From an uncultured Gammaproteobacteria bacterium (GTDB taxonomy: Bacteria; Pseudomonadota; Gammaproteobacteria; UBA4575), in assembly GCA_951812785.1 (NCBI GenBank), contig OX638335.1, positions 1,291,902 through 1,355,901 of the forward strand: 64,000 nt of DNA. Reading direction: 5' to 3'. The translations under genes were made by a program, and so were the position numbers. This document shows, in pieces, positions 1 to 11,577 of this stretch. Position 1 is the first letter of the stretch. Each line of letters starts with the position of its first letter. The notes beneath the pieces were generated by a model. That model was not told the DNA's origin and searched no databases. It was given only the letters and a program-made list of their open reading frames with translations.

Positions 1-2089
1 GCAGCAAATAGATTGGCCATAGAATTGGCTGATTCCACTTCTCTCGTGACTGCGCACGCAATAAAGGATCGACACGCTTATATTTCATAGTGTTGTTGGC
101 CATCAGATTAGGTTTAACGTTTTTATACCAATCATGATAAAGAGAATATGATTTTGGGTTAAATGCAAAAATCCATGGCGCATCTGCACGAACAATTTCA
201 TTCATTTGGCGGATTAACTTCAATCGTTCGAGACCGTTTTCCATATTCTTCATCACATCAAATAACCGATCAAACTCGGAATTCTGATAATTACTATAGT
301 TCTGTCCACCTGATATCGCGATAGAGTTCGGACCATAGAGCAAAAAGAAGAAATTCTCAGGATCAGGATAATCTGCGTTCCAGCCCAGCTGATAAATCTG
401 GAACGTACCCTTATCTAATTTATCAAAAAACCGATTACCATCAGAGCCACGAATCACTAATTGAATATCAATTTTGGCAAACTGTTTCACCATCCAATTA
501 AGCAACGCTTTGGTATCCGCACCACGACTCACTGTATCAAAGTAAAGCACCAAAGGTTTACCAGTATCTTGATCAACACCATTTTGGTATCGCGCTTGCT
601 GCATTAATTTTTTTGCTTCCAGTATACTTTTGCGAACGGGCCTACCATTCTCCCAGTGATACACATAAGGATTGATCCCCATCTCACCATTTTCATTCCC
701 AAAAATACCGGGAGGTATTGGCCCTTGCGCTGGCACACCTCGACCGTTTTGGAAAATAGAAATGAACTCATCGTAATCAACTGCAATTGATATTGCGCGT
801 CTTAGCAATCTTGCACGCTGTGAATCACCTCCTATGACTGGGTCACCCATATTGAATCCAAGATAATACAAACTGGTAGCCACTGCCGACGCTAAATCAA
901 TATCTCTTTTCTTCATTCCATCAGTCAAACCAAATTCTCCTTGAAAGTTAAGTTCAACCGATTGATCAAAACTATCTGACGATATTCCTGAAGTGTCGTA
1001 ATACCCTTGCAAAAATTTATTCCAATAGGGAATACTTTCTTTTTCTAAACTAAAGACAATGCGATCGGCAAAGGGTAACTCTTTGCCGGCATCGTCAAGC
1101 AGGCCTAGTGCATAGTCTTCTGGCTCACCGACACTTGGATATTTTTCACCATGGAAATTAGGATTCTTATCTAACACCATACGTAAGTTTGGGTTGTTCT
1201 CTGTCAGCATGTACGGGCCAGTGCCGACAGGATACCAATCAAATGAAATATTTCGCTCCTTCATTCTAGGCTGAGAATAAAATTTATCAGCCTCCCAAGG
1301 AACAGGAGCAAAAAACGGCATGTTTAGCCAGTAAATGAATTGCGGATACACGCCTTTGACTCTAATACTAAAGTGATGCGAATCTATGACCTTAACGCCT
1401 TGCATAGAAACGTCGCGCAGATCTAACCAAGCATCTTGATCTTCAATAGCGTCAAGCACTTTCTCTCGATACTCAGAAAACCCTACGATGTAATTGCCTA
1501 ATAAACCCGCCAACGGAGAATGTAAATTTGGGTGAGCAAGTCTTTTAATTTGATAGACATAATCTTCTGCTGTCAGTTCTCTTGAGGATTGATACTCAAA
1601 ATCAGCCAAAATATTCACATCATCAAGATCATCTTCAGTTAATGAATGATAATAATAGACACCTTGAGAGTCTTTCGCGAAAGAAGGGTGCGGCTGATAC
1701 TTAATCCCCTTTTGAATCTCTATGTCATAGATTGTATACGAGACACTTGAAGGATCTACATCATGAGAAAGCTGATTGCCAGCATCATCATAAAAAGTCC
1801 GAGCAGGCATTTTTGATGCTGCCAAAGGTATTAGTTCGTATGGCCTTTTGAGAAAATGATATTGCAACGGCGGCTCATAAATCTGGGCAATGAACTCATA
1901 TTCTGCCGCATTATAAGATTTAACAGGATCTAACTCTTTGGGGCGTTCTTTAAAAGATGTATAAATAATGTCCTTATGCTGATCTCTATCTCGATAAGGA
2001 TTATTCCATTGACTATTCTCGCAGCCATATAGAATTAAGCCAACCAAGCTTATAAGCAATAAATTTCTAAAAGAATGTCGACCTGCCAT
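1..2089 (-). CDS. ABC-transporter substrate-binding lipoprotein, solute-binding family 5 (oligopeptide/dipeptide/microcin type); the 3' end runs off the window
   Basis: The reverse-strand ORF opens at the ATG at 2089 (MAGRHSFRNLLLISLVGLILYGC, a lipoprotein-type signal with LYGC). It stays open to position 1, which is why the supplied ORF track omits it. Its length of over 690 aa and its composition fit DppA/OppA/YejA-like binding proteins. Confidence 0.7.
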   Translation of the reverse strand, partial: MAGRHSFRNLLLISLVGLILYGCENSQWNNPYRDRDQHKDIIYTSFKERPKELDPVKSYNAAEYEFIAQIYEPPLQYHFLKRPYELIPLAASKMPARTFYDDAGNQLSHDVDPSSVSYTIYDIEIQKGIKYQPHPSFAKDSQGVYYYHSLTEDDLDDVNILADFEYQSSRELTAEDYVYQIKRLAHPNLHSPLAGLLGNYIVGFSEYREKVLDAIEDQDAWLDLRDVSMQGVKVIDSHHFSIRVKGVYPQFIYWLNMPFFAPVPWEADKFYSQPRMKERNISFDWYPVGTGPYMLTENNPNLRMVLDKNPNFHGEKYPSVGEPEDYALGLLDDAGKELPFADRIVFSLEKESIPYWNKFLQGYYDTSGISSDSFDQSVELNFQGEFGLTDGMKKRDIDLASAVATSLYYLGFNMGDPVIGGDSQRARLLRRAISIAVDYDEFISIFQNGRGVPAQGPIPPGIFGNENGEMGINPYVYHWENGRPVRKSILEAKKLMQQARYQNGVDQDTGKPLVLYFDTVSRGADTKALLNWMVKQFAKIDIQLVIRGSDGNRFFDKLDKGTFQIYQLGWNADYPDPENFFFLLYGPNSIAISGGQNYSNYQNSEFDRLFDVMKNMENGLERLKLIRQMNEIVRADAPWIFAFNPKSYSLYHDWYKNVKPNLMANNTMKYKRVDPLLRAQSREKWNQPILWPIYLL

Positions 2090-2180
2090 CAACTTATCGG
2101 ACAATGTATAATTGTGAGTTCAATCGCACCAGTATAGCGATTAGCACGTAATCAGGCGAACTACTTTTACAGGAGAGACC

Positions 2181-2963
2181 ATGGGTTTTCTGGCGAATAA
2201 AAAAGCATTAATCATAGGCGTTGCAAGTAATCGATCGATTGCTTGGGGAGTGGCGAAAGCCATGCATGAACAAGGGGCTGAATTGGCCTTTACCTACCAG
2301 AATGAACGCTTACAATCACGTGTCGAAAAATTAGCCAAAGAATTAGATAGCAACATTGTGCTTCCCTGTGATGTCGCCACGGATGAAAATATTTCTGATT
2401 TGTTCACTCAGCTCGGCACGCATTGGTCAGAATTTGACATCCTAGTTCATTCAGTGGCCTTTGCACCCAAAGAAGAACTGGAAGGAGATTTTGTCGAAAA
2501 TACTACGCGCGAAGGGTCAAAACTTGCTCACGATATCAGCAGTTATAGTTTAACTGCACTTGCCAAAGCCGCACGTCCAATGATGAGCGGGCATCCTAGC
2601 GCCATTATGTCGCTGACTTACCTAGGCGCGATGAAGGCAATGCCTAACTACAATGTTATGGGATTGGCCAAAGCCAGCTTAGAAGCGAATACTCGCTATA
2701 TGGCTTATGCACTTGGTCCTGACAACATTCGTGTCAATTGTATTTCTGCCGGCCCCATTAGAACATTAGCCGCTGCAGGCATTGGTGATTTTCGCAAGAT
2801 GCTTGACCATGTAGAACAAAATGCACCCTTGCGTAAAAATGTGTCGATAGATGAAGTGGGTAATGCCGCCGCATTTTTATGTTCAGATTTAGCCAGCGGC
2901 ATCACTGGTGAAATTACCTACGTGGATGCAGGATTTAATATTGTCGGTATGACTGGCTATTAG
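2181..2963 (+). CDS. fabI: enoyl-[acyl-carrier-protein] reductase (NADH) FabI
   Basis: 260 aa. The N-terminus [34 protein letters not shown] matches the SDR-family FabI signature, and the length and motifs are typical. Confidence 0.93.
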   Translation: MGFLANKKALIIGVASNRSIAWGVAKAMHEQGAELAFTYQNERLQSRVEKLAKELDSNIVLPCDVATDENISDLFTQLGTHWSEFDILVHSVAFAPKEELEGDFVENTTREGSKLAHDISSYSLTALAKAARPMMSGHPSAIMSLTYLGAMKAMPNYNVMGLAKASLEANTRYMAYALGPDNIRVNCISAGPIRTLAAAGIGDFRKMLDHVEQNAPLRKNVSIDEVGNAAAFLCSDLASGITGEITYVDAGFNIVGMTGY

Positions 2964-4223
2964 TTAACTTACCAACCTAGTTTGCTCACCTTCTGAGCGA
3001 GCTATGATGACCGCACCGCATGAATCACTAAATACATTCACCGCGGTGCGGCACATATCTAATACTCGATCCACCGCTAGAATTAAACCGATTCCTTCTA
3101 ACGGTAGTCCCATTGCCGCTAAAATAATAGTAATCGCAACTAAGCTTGCTGCAGGTATCCCTGCCACTCCAATCGATGTCATTAACGCGAGTATCACTAC
3201 TGTAAATTGTTGAACAAAGCCCAACTCCAATCCATAAGCTTGAGCAATAAACAATGCCGCAACACATTCATATAACGCTGTTCCATCCATATTGATGGTT
3301 GCGCCTAATGGCAATACAAAACTAGATGTTTTATTGGATACTCCAGCACGATCTTGTACACAATCTAATGTGACAGGCAGTGTTGCTGAAGACGAACTGG
3401 TAGAAAATGCAGTGAGCAATGCAGGAGACATTGCTTGGAAGTGTTTTATCGGGCGCACGCGAGCAATGACTTTTAGCAGTATTGGCATCACTATAAACAT
3501 CTGTGCCGCGAGTGCCGCCAACACAACGAAGAAAAATTTTGCTAGCGGAATAAACACATCAATTCCCGATGTCGCCACAATTTTAGCGACTAACGCGAAC
3601 ACACCTATCGGAGCAAAGCGCATGATTAGATCAGTCATTTTCATCATGACTTCAAACATACCTTCAAAAAAGCTTCGCATGGTACTATTATGCTCACCTT
3701 TCAACTGAGCAATAAAATATCCGAACAACAAGCTGAAAAAAATCAATCCTAACATCTGCCCCTGTGCAGCAGCATGAATAATATTAGGTGGAATCATACG
3801 CAGAAATATACCGGCAATATCACCAGTACTCGCATCACCCACTCTTTCAGTCACCGCCGCTGTATCTGCATGCAAGCCAAGTGCTTCTTTGGCTGGCATG
3901 CCATCAATCAAACCAGGCTGGAATATCATCACCATTACCAAGCCAATTGTGATTGCAATTGCACTAGTCGCGACATAGTAAAGTAGCGTTTTACCCCCCA
4001 TGCGTGCAAACGAACCATCTTGCTCTATGCTTGCGATACCAACAATAATGGAAGAAACAATCAGTGGAACAATGATCATCTTCAATGCATTAAGGAATAA
4101 TGCACCAAAGAATTCAAAGATAGGAATAAGATTAAAGCCAAAACCGGCATTAATCGAAGTGGTCAAAGACCCCACGATGACTGCAAGGGCTAACGCAATT
4201 AATATTTGCCAATGCAATTTCAT
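2964..4223 (-). CDS. dicarboxylate/amino acid:cation symporter (DAACS family, GltP/SstT-like)
   Basis: 419 aa polytopic membrane protein carrying the DAACS motifs SSSSATLPV, NMDGTA and DRVLDMCRTAVNVFSD. Confidence 0.85.
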   Translation of the reverse strand: MKLHWQILIALALAVIVGSLTTSINAGFGFNLIPIFEFFGALFLNALKMIIVPLIVSSIIVGIASIEQDGSFARMGGKTLLYYVATSAIAITIGLVMVMIFQPGLIDGMPAKEALGLHADTAAVTERVGDASTGDIAGIFLRMIPPNIIHAAAQGQMLGLIFFSLLFGYFIAQLKGEHNSTMRSFFEGMFEVMMKMTDLIMRFAPIGVFALVAKIVATSGIDVFIPLAKFFFVVLAALAAQMFIVMPILLKVIARVRPIKHFQAMSPALLTAFSTSSSSATLPVTLDCVQDRAGVSNKTSSFVLPLGATINMDGTALYECVAALFIAQAYGLELGFVQQFTVVILALMTSIGVAGIPAASLVAITIILAAMGLPLEGIGLILAVDRVLDMCRTAVNVFSDSCGAVIIARSEGEQTRLVS

Positions 4224-4238
4224 AATTCAAATTAGCCT

Positions 4239-6152
4239 TTAGAGATTTTCAGAAAAGACGTTAACATCCCCTGTTTCACGTAACGCCTTCAGCATGGCTT
4301 GCATTTCCCTGCGACCATACTCACCTTGCAATGAAACCCACTCTGCCATTTTAACTTTTGTTCCTGCTTCGTCAACAGTAACAACATCGTTTAGTCTAAT
4401 TACAGCAAATTGACCATCATCTAATTCAACGCCGTCAAACACGGGATAATTATCTACCGCAGAAAGAGAAAATACATGATCAACAATTTCACTAGATACC
4501 GACTCATCATCACGCAATAGAGTACCTGCAGATTCAAGTGGTATATTTAATTGCTTTAATATTGTATCCAATTCAGAGGCATCATTATTCAGCTTGTCGA
4601 TCGTTTCAGTTGCTTGCGCAACCAATTGATCACGCGCTTTTATTGTTTTCACAGTCGCCTTGATCTTATCTGCCACATCTTCTAGTGGTTGAACCTCAGA
4701 AGGCTCATGCTCAAGAACTCTCACTACAATAGAATGACCATCTGCAACCTCAAGCAACGAACTATTGGCAGCTTTGTTTAACACATCATCTGAAAACGTG
4801 GCACTGACCACACTTGGATACGAAGCAATACCTTCTAGTTCAGCACCAACAATCCAATCTGACGTTTGCACTTGCATATTTAATTCTTCTGCTGCAGCCT
4901 CTAAATTATCTTCATTGACGTAACTTAAGTTAGATAATTTTTCTGATAATTCTATATATTCTTTCTCAGAAGCATCTGCACGCAATTCATTTTCAATTTG
5001 TGCACGTACCTGATCAAATGGTTTAGTTTTTGATGAAGTGATATCTTCCAGCTTAACCAATTGGACACCCAAGCTAGTTCTAATAGGCGCACTCATATCC
5101 CCTTTCTGCATAGAAAATAATTTCTTCACAAATACAGGGTTATCGATATCAGTGCGCGTGATAAAGCCGAGGTTACCGCCTTTCTTCGCTGAGAAAGAAT
5201 CTTCAGAAATTTCTTCTGCGACAGCAGCAAAACTCTCACCATTTTTAATTCGATCAGCGGCTGATTGAAGCTTACTCAGTGCAGATGTCACTTCTTCTTC
5301 AGAAGCGTTGTCCAACAACTTCAATAAAATATGACTCACCTTCCTCAATTCAGGTGTTTGGTACCGACTAGGATCATCGTCGTAAGAAGACTGAATTTCA
5401 TCCTCAGAAAATAACAGCGCATCACCAATATCTTTTTGCTTCACTTCTAAATATTCCAACTTAACTCGCTGCAGTGTTTTGAAAGATTGCTCATTCGCTT
5501 GATAGTATTCATTCACGTCACTATCAGTCACTTCCACTGAATTAGTATCTGCAACCATTAAGAAGTAATCAAAATCACGCTTTTGTTGTTTTAGCGCAGC
5601 ATATTTTTGTTTATCTTTCCCCGGAAGGAAACTTGAGTAAACTGCACTACCTTGATACTGATTAATCCTTTCTTCTTGGCGTAATTGATTTTCAAACTCG
5701 ACAGGACTTCTTCGTTGCGAAGCTAATAACTGCTCGTACTTAGCAGGATCAAAACGGCCTGAACTTTGAAACTGCGGTACCGATTGGATGCGTTCAGTTA
5801 ATTTATTATCACTAATTCGATAGCCTGCATTTTTTGTTTCACCGCTAAGCAAAGTATTTTGTATCAAGGTATCCAACACACTTTGTTTCAACTTAGTTTC
5901 ATCGCTGTAAAGTGAGTCAAATGAACTACCTAGAATTGATTTCAAATAACGTCGCTGATCTTGTACTTGTGCATCAAATACGCGTTTTACGATTTCTTCG
6001 TCATTAATCTTGGCCACTTTCTGATCGGCTGGACCCCCAAAATATTCTTGGACCCCCCAAAATGCGAATGGAATCGCAATCAAAATGACAATGATGTAAG
6101 CGAAGATTCCGCTTGCTCGCTCACGAATTTGCATCAACATAGGATTACTCAA
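4239..6152 (-). CDS. ppiD: periplasmic folding chaperone / peptidyl-prolyl isomerase PpiD
   Basis: 637 aa with an N-terminal membrane anchor and SurA-like and parvulin regions. It sits in the conserved lon-hupB-ppiD position. Confidence 0.85.
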   Translation of the reverse strand: MSNPMLMQIRERASGIFAYIIVILIAIPFAFWGVQEYFGGPADQKVAKINDEEIVKRVFDAQVQDQRRYLKSILGSSFDSLYSDETKLKQSVLDTLIQNTLLSGETKNAGYRISDNKLTERIQSVPQFQSSGRFDPAKYEQLLASQRRSPVEFENQLRQEERINQYQGSAVYSSFLPGKDKQKYAALKQQKRDFDYFLMVADTNSVEVTDSDVNEYYQANEQSFKTLQRVKLEYLEVKQKDIGDALLFSEDEIQSSYDDDPSRYQTPELRKVSHILLKLLDNASEEEVTSALSKLQSAADRIKNGESFAAVAEEISEDSFSAKKGGNLGFITRTDIDNPVFVKKLFSMQKGDMSAPIRTSLGVQLVKLEDITSSKTKPFDQVRAQIENELRADASEKEYIELSEKLSNLSYVNEDNLEAAAEELNMQVQTSDWIVGAELEGIASYPSVVSATFSDDVLNKAANSSLLEVADGHSIVVRVLEHEPSEVQPLEDVADKIKATVKTIKARDQLVAQATETIDKLNNDASELDTILKQLNIPLESAGTLLRDDESVSSEIVDHVFSLSAVDNYPVFDGVELDDGQFAVIRLNDVVTVDEAGTKVKMAEWVSLQGEYGRREMQAMLKALRETGDVNVFSENL

Positions 6153-6228
6153 TTAGATTTATATTTGAAAACGAGAGGTATTATACAAGATAGGGAAAGA
6201 TGAAATCTTCCCCTATTTGTACAAATGA

Positions 6229-6305
6229 TGGCGGAGTGGACGGGATTCGAACCCGCGACCCCCGGCGTGACAGGCCGATATTCTAACCAGCTGAACTACC
6301 ACTCC
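6229..6305 (-). tRNA. tRNA-Asp (anticodon GTC)
   Basis: The reverse complement reads GGAGTGGTAGTTCAGCTGGTTAGAATATCGGCCTGTCACGCCGGGGGTCGCGGGTTCGAATCCCGTCCACTCCGCCA. It has a cloverleaf, a CTGTCAC anticodon loop and a 3' CCA, and it closely resembles E. coli tRNA-Asp. Confidence 0.9.
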
Positions 6306-6331
6306 ATGTTTGGCTATTTTCCTATTGCTAT

Positions 6332-6407
6332 TGGTGGGTGCTGAGGGGATCGAACCCCCGACCCTCGCCTTGTAAGGGCGATGCTCTACCAGCTGAGCTA
6401 AGCACCC
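6332..6407 (-). tRNA. tRNA-Val (anticodon TAC)
   Basis: The reverse complement reads GGGTGCTTAGCTCAGCTGGTAGAGCATCGCCCTTACAAGGCGAGGGTCGGGGGTTCGATCCCCTCAGCACCCACCA. The anticodon loop is CTTACAA, and the sequence is close to E. coli tRNA-Val(UAC). Confidence 0.9.
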
Positions 6408-6423
6408 ATGCACAAAAGGCGCG

Positions 6424-6696
6424 CTAGTTTACTGCATCCTTTAACGCTTTCCCAGCTTTAAAAGCAGGAACCTTAGATGCTTTAATTTCCATAGGCTCAC
6501 CAGTCCTAGGATTCCTTCCCGTACGAGCACCTCGCTCACGAACTAAAAATGTTCCAAATCCTGCAATTGCTACTTGATCACCATTCTTAAGGGATCCAGT
6601 GATTGCTTCGATGACTGCATCCACTGTTCTACCTGCTGATGCCTTAGAGAGATCAGCGGCAGTTGCCACCGCTTCAGTTAACTCAGTTTTATTCAT
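6424..6696 (-). CDS. hupB: DNA-binding protein HU-beta
   Basis: 90 aa. It reads [11 protein letters not shown]...[45 protein letters not shown], which is the canonical HU fold sequence. Confidence 0.95.
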   Translation of the reverse strand: MNKTELTEAVATAADLSKASAGRTVDAVIEAITGSLKNGDQVAIAGFGTFLVRERGARTGRNPRTGEPMEIKASKVPAFKAGKALKDAVN

Positions 6697-6803
6697 TGAA
6701 TGACTTACCCCTGAATTGATTATTATAGATGTCTAGTACAGTACTGATAGCACAAAGATATACCAATACTGTATGGTTGATATTAGCTAGAAAGCATTGT
6801 GCA

Positions 6804-6835
6804 AAGGTAAAAGAATTCAAAAATTCTTTTACCTT
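6804..6835. terminator. perfect AT-rich hairpin (14-bp stem, 4-nt loop) in the lon/hupB intergenic region; a possible lon terminator or regulatory stem
   Basis: aaggtaaaagaatt-caaa-aattcttttacctt is a perfect inverted repeat. It lies about 75 nt downstream of the lon stop codon on the minus strand. It has no clean U-tract, so its function is uncertain. Confidence 0.3.
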
Positions 6836-6910
6836 AAAGTGCTTATCATGAACAATCTTTAGTGCGAAACGAAGTTATACCAGCAACGGATTCACACTGT
6901 CAATAAATGA

Positions 6911-9355
6911 CTAGTGATGTCTCACTTCTTCTTTCTTATTGCTGACCTCTAATATTCTTTTTTTAAGTTCGCTCAAATTCTCACTACCCTCCAATGGGGT
7001 AGGCATTTTAGTTAATGCAATTTCGAGCACCTCATCAATCCATCGTACCGGTCGAATATCCAATTGCTGCTTAATATTATCTGGAATTTCGACAAGATCT
7101 TTTTCGTTTTCTTCTGGAATCACTACTATTTTAATACCACCACGATGCGCTGCAAGTAACTTCTCCTTCAAACCACCTATAGGGAGTACTTCTCCACGCA
7201 AAGTGATTTCGCCTGTCATCGCAACGTCCGCACGAACAGAGATATCTGTCAGCGCAGACACTAGCGCAGTTGTCATTCCCACTCCTGCACTTGGTCCATC
7301 CTTCTTCACTGCACCTTCAGGCACGTGAATATGAATATCTACTTTATCGTAAAATTCCGGACTGACACCTAACTTGGCAGCACGACTACGCACAACAGTT
7401 TGAGCAACTTGAATAGATTCTTTCATGACATCCTCAAGGTTACCCGTTGGCGCAAGCATCTTGCCTTTACCTAAAACAATTTCTGCTTCGATAGTAAGCA
7501 ATTCACCACCAACTTCCGTCCACGCCAAACCAGTCACCTGACCAATTTGATCTTTCTCATCAGCTAACCCGTAACGGAATTTACGCACACCTAAATAGTC
7601 ATCTATATTCTCTGGTGTAACAACAACTTTCTGATCACCTTTACCCAACACGATAGACTTCACTACTTTGCGACAAATTTTAGAAATTTCTCTTTCCAAG
7701 TTACGCACACCCGCTTCACGCGAGTAGTAACGAATAATATCTTGTACAGCATCTTGAGTAATTTCAATTTCATTTTCTTTTAAACCATTTGTTTTAATTT
7801 GCTTAGGAAGCAAATAACGCATGGCAATATTCAACTTTTCATCTTCCGTATAGCCAGCAATACGAATCACTTCCATTCGGTCTAGTAACGGACCAGGAAT
7901 ATTCATACTGTTTGAAGTTGCAACAAACATCACGTCAGACAAATCGAAATCTACTTCTAGATAATGATCACTAAAAGTGTTGTTCTGTTCTGGATCAAGA
8001 ACTTCCAACATAGCTGAAGATGGGTCCCCTCGGAAGTCAGCTGTCATTTTATCGATTTCGTCGAGCAAGAACATTGGATTTCTCACACCAATCTTAGAAA
8101 GATTTTGAATAATTTTACCAGGCAATGATCCGATGTAGGTACGGCGATGCCCACGGATTTCAGCTTCATCACGCACACCACCTAAAGACATACGCGTGTA
8201 CTTTCTTCCAGTCGCACGTGCAATAGATTTTCCTAGAGACGTTTTACCTACACCAGGAGGACCCACCAAACATAGAATTGGACCCTTCAATTTTTTAACG
8301 CGTTGCTGCACTGCTAAATATTCAAGAATACGTTCCTTGACTTTTTCTAAACCAAAGTGGTCTTCTTCAAGAATATTTTCTGCATTAGCAAGATTGCGAT
8401 TAATCCTACTTTTCTTCTTCCATGGTGTGCCCACCATCCAATCAAGATAATTTCTCACCACTGTTGCTTCCGCAGACATTGGAGACATCATCTTTAATTT
8501 ATTCAATTCAGATGTGGCTTTCTCTTTTGCTTCTTCTGGCATTCCAGCATCTTCAATTTTTTGTGCCAGTTCTTCAACTTCATTTGGAGCATCTTCCATT
8601 TCACCTAGTTCTTTCTGAATCGCTTTCATTTGCTCATTCAGATAATACTCGCGTTGGCTCTTCTCCATCTGCTGCTTAACGCGGCCACGTATACGTTTTT
8701 CAATTTGCAACACGTCTAGCTCAGCCTCAATTAAATTCATCAAGTGCTCAAGGCGATCATAAGTCGAAACAATTTCTAGCACACGTTGTTTTTCACCAAG
8801 CTTCAGAGACATGTGTGCCGCAATGGTATCTGACAATCGACTAGGGTCATCAATACCCGCTAGCGAAGTTAATACTTCAGGTGGGACTTTCTTATTTAGT
8901 TTTACATACTGCTCAAACAAGCTAACGATTGAACGAGAAAGAACTTCTAACTTTTTCTCATCTTCTGGTTCTTCATTATTTAGCACTGATATTTCAGCAG
9001 TAAAATATTCTGACTCTTCAGCAAAGCGAATTACTTTTGCACGCTCTGCACCTTCGACTAACACTTTAATCGTGCCATCAGGAAGTTTTAAAAGTTGCAG
9101 GATAGATGACAGAGTCCCAATAGTGTGGAAGTCATCAAATGATGGTTCATCAAGTTCTGCACTTTTCTGCGCTACCAATAGAATTTTTTTGTTGTTTGCC
9201 ATTGCCGCATCCAGAGCCTGGATGGATTTATCTCGGCCGACAAATAATGGGATCACCATATTTGGATACACGACAACATCGCGTAACGGCAACACAGGAA
9301 CGTTGGTAACGTCTGTAAGATCAATAGGGCTATTTTCTTGCTGGTCGTCAGCCAT
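6911..9355 (-). CDS. lon: ATP-dependent Lon protease
   Basis: 814 aa with the Lon N-domain ([21 protein letters not shown]), an AAA+ Walker A (GPPGVGKTS) and a C-terminal protease domain with PKDGPSAG. Confidence 0.97.
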   Translation of the reverse strand: MADDQQENSPIDLTDVTNVPVLPLRDVVVYPNMVIPLFVGRDKSIQALDAAMANNKKILLVAQKSAELDEPSFDDFHTIGTLSSILQLLKLPDGTIKVLVEGAERAKVIRFAEESEYFTAEISVLNNEEPEDEKKLEVLSRSIVSLFEQYVKLNKKVPPEVLTSLAGIDDPSRLSDTIAAHMSLKLGEKQRVLEIVSTYDRLEHLMNLIEAELDVLQIEKRIRGRVKQQMEKSQREYYLNEQMKAIQKELGEMEDAPNEVEELAQKIEDAGMPEEAKEKATSELNKLKMMSPMSAEATVVRNYLDWMVGTPWKKKSRINRNLANAENILEEDHFGLEKVKERILEYLAVQQRVKKLKGPILCLVGPPGVGKTSLGKSIARATGRKYTRMSLGGVRDEAEIRGHRRTYIGSLPGKIIQNLSKIGVRNPMFLLDEIDKMTADFRGDPSSAMLEVLDPEQNNTFSDHYLEVDFDLSDVMFVATSNSMNIPGPLLDRMEVIRIAGYTEDEKLNIAMRYLLPKQIKTNGLKENEIEITQDAVQDIIRYYSREAGVRNLEREISKICRKVVKSIVLGKGDQKVVVTPENIDDYLGVRKFRYGLADEKDQIGQVTGLAWTEVGGELLTIEAEIVLGKGKMLAPTGNLEDVMKESIQVAQTVVRSRAAKLGVSPEFYDKVDIHIHVPEGAVKKDGPSAGVGMTTALVSALTDISVRADVAMTGEITLRGEVLPIGGLKEKLLAAHRGGIKIVVIPEENEKDLVEIPDNIKQQLDIRPVRWIDEVLEIALTKMPTPLEGSENLSELKKRILEVSNKKEEVRHH

Positions 9356-9404
9356 GAGGAGACTCCTTTGAGTCTTAATGAGTAGAAATTAAAGGTGAAT
9401 TAGT

Positions 9405-9433
9405 ATTCACACTATATATGGACACCCAACACT
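9405..9433 (-). promoter_or_regulatory. sigma-32 (RpoH) heat-shock promoter upstream of lon
   Basis: On the minus strand the sequence reads CTTGAAA-14 nt-CCATATAT, against the consensus CTTGAAA-N13-15-CCCCATNT. It ends about 50 nt upstream of the lon ATG at 9355. An exact -35 element is seen directly in the sequence. Confidence 0.55.
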
Positions 9434-9475
9434 GATTTCAAGTACCTGCGGGTTAAAGCGCGTACTAAGGAAAAG

Positions 9476-10759
9476 CTATTCCTCTGCAGCAGCTTTTTCG
9501 CAGTCTGTGCCCTCGTAAATGAGATATGGCTTAGCATCCCCTTTAATCACTGCCTCATCGACAACTACTTTGCTCACGCCTTCAATGGAAGGCAAATCAT
9601 ACATCGTATCTAAAAGCACATTTTCTAGGATAGTACGTAGCCCACGCGCGCCAGTTTTACGTTCCATGGCTTTCTTAGCGACAGCAGTTAATGCATTTAG
9701 ACGAAATTCAATTTCTGCACCTTCCATCTCAAACAATCTAGTATATTGCTTAGTCAATGCATTTTTAGGCTCAGTAAGAATACGAACCAATGCATCTGCG
9801 TCTAACTCTTCTAAGGTCGCAACCACTGGCAAACGGCCTACAAATTCTGGAATCAAGCCGTAGCGAACAAGATCTTCAGGTTCAACACCATGCAAGATTT
9901 CTCCAACAGAGGCTTCGTTCTCTCTGCCGCGCACTTCCGCCGAAAAACCGATACCAGTCTTCTCTGTGCGATCAAGAATGACTTTATCCAGTCCCGCAAA
10001 CGCACCACCACAAACGAACAAAATATTACTTGTGTCGACTTGCAAAAACTCTTGTTGTGGATGCTTGCGCCCGCCTTGAGGAGGGACAGAAGCCACTGTA
10101 CCTTCAATCAGTTTTAGCAATGCTTGTTGAACACCTTCACCTGAAACATCACGGGTAATTGAAGGGTTATCTGATTTGCGAGAAATTTTATCAATTTCAT
10201 CGATATAAACTATGCTAGTCTGTGCTTTCTCTACATCGTAGTCGCACTTCTGTAAAAGTTTTTGAATAATATTTTCTACATCTTCACCCACGTAACCTGC
10301 TTCAGTTAGTGTGGTTGCATCCGCAATAGTAAACGGCACGTTAAGTAATCGCGCTAACGTTTCTGCTAATAAAGTTTTTCCTGATCCGGTTGGACCGACT
10401 AACAAAATATTACTTTTCGCTAGCTCAACACCGTCTTTAGCACTGTTACTAGCTTCAAGACGTTTATAGTGATTGTAGACCGCTACTGCCAACACTTTTT
10501 TCGCGCTAACTTGACCGATCACATACTCGTCTAGAATAGCATTAATTTCTTTAGGCTTAGGAAGTTTATTTCCGCTTGCAGGAGACTGCTCCTGCATTTC
10601 TTCACGAATGATGTCGTTACAAAGCTCAACGCATTCATCACAAATAAATACCGATGGCCCAGCAATTAATTTTCTTACTTCGTGCTGACTTTTACCGCAG
10701 AATGAACAATAAAGTAGTTTTCCGCTATCGGTTTCTTTCTTCGAATCATCACCACTCAT
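9476..10759 (-). CDS. clpX: ATP-dependent Clp protease ATP-binding subunit ClpX
   Basis: 427 aa with an N-terminal C4 zinc finger ([11 protein letters not shown]...CDEC), Walker A GPTGSGKT and a ClpX-type IGF loop region. Confidence 0.97.
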   Translation of the reverse strand: MSGDDSKKETDSGKLLYCSFCGKSQHEVRKLIAGPSVFICDECVELCNDIIREEMQEQSPASGNKLPKPKEINAILDEYVIGQVSAKKVLAVAVYNHYKRLEASNSAKDGVELAKSNILLVGPTGSGKTLLAETLARLLNVPFTIADATTLTEAGYVGEDVENIIQKLLQKCDYDVEKAQTSIVYIDEIDKISRKSDNPSITRDVSGEGVQQALLKLIEGTVASVPPQGGRKHPQQEFLQVDTSNILFVCGGAFAGLDKVILDRTEKTGIGFSAEVRGRENEASVGEILHGVEPEDLVRYGLIPEFVGRLPVVATLEELDADALVRILTEPKNALTKQYTRLFEMEGAEIEFRLNALTAVAKKAMERKTGARGLRTILENVLLDTMYDLPSIEGVSKVVVDEAVIKGDAKPYLIYEGTDCEKAAAEE

Positions 10760-10935
10760 ATTGATATCCTATCAGTTCTACGGGTAGTTTTTATCGTTGC
10801 TATTTTATGACGAAACACCAATGGGAAAAAGCGAATCCATTCCCAGAGTACTACTTTACATTAACATCTTCGCATCTATTAATTATATTGTTTAATATCA
10901 GTACTTTATATCACTAATTTAAATAATGCTCAACG

Positions 10936-11568
10936 CTATTCAGCGCCACGAGTGGTCAAAACTTTATCAACCAAACCATAATCACGCGCTTCTTCGCTAT
11001 CCATGAAGTTATCACGCTCTGTATCTTTACCAATTGTCTCCATGGATTGACCCGTATGGCCCGATAACACACGATTCAATTGCTCACGAATCTTAAGTAT
11101 CTCTTTAGCATGAATATCAAAATCTGATGCTTGACCCTGGAAACCACCGAGTGGTTGATGAATCATCACACGCGAATGGGGTAGCGCATAACGCTTACCC
11201 TTGGTGCCGCCCGCTAACAATACCGCACCCATACTCGCCGCTTGACCAATGCATAATGTGCTGATATCCGGTTTAGTAAATTGCATAGTATCGTAAATCG
11301 CCATACCTGCAGTCACAGAACCTCCAGGTGAATTGATATAGATAGAAATATCTTTATCAGGATTTTCAGACTCTAAGAATAGAATCTGAGCAACAATCAA
11401 ATTAGCCATATGATCTTCAATGGGCCCAACAATAAAAATGACACGCTCTTTAAGTAGGCGAGAATAAATATCGTAAGCTCGTTCTCCGCGCGCTGATTGT
11501 TCAACGACCATAGGAACTAGATTCATCATCAGCTCTTGAGAATTTCCATTGTTCATAGCACTTTTCAC
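10936..11568 (-). CDS. clpP: ATP-dependent Clp protease proteolytic subunit ClpP
   Basis: 210 aa reading [40 protein letters not shown]..., with the catalytic Ser in GQAASMGA. Confidence 0.97.
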   Translation of the reverse strand: MKSAMNNGNSQELMMNLVPMVVEQSARGERAYDIYSRLLKERVIFIVGPIEDHMANLIVAQILFLESENPDKDISIYINSPGGSVTAGMAIYDTMQFTKPDISTLCIGQAASMGAVLLAGGTKGKRYALPHSRVMIHQPLGGFQGQASDFDIHAKEILKIREQLNRVLSGHTGQSMETIGKDTERDNFMDSEEARDYGLVDKVLTTRGAE

Positions 11569-11577
11569 CTTATTGAT

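Noticed and set aside
3011-3061. A GC-rich 9-bp perfect inverted repeat (ccgcaccgc ... gcggtgcgg) at the fabI and transporter convergent junction, considered as an embedded bidirectional terminator
   Set aside because: The arms are 33 nt apart and lie inside the last 35 codons of the transporter gene. No U-tract is present on either strand. This could be coincidence or codon-driven, and it does not make a convincing terminator.
6213-6413. A 66-aa minus-strand ORF
   Set aside because: It coincides exactly with tRNA-Asp plus tRNA-Val and is spurious.
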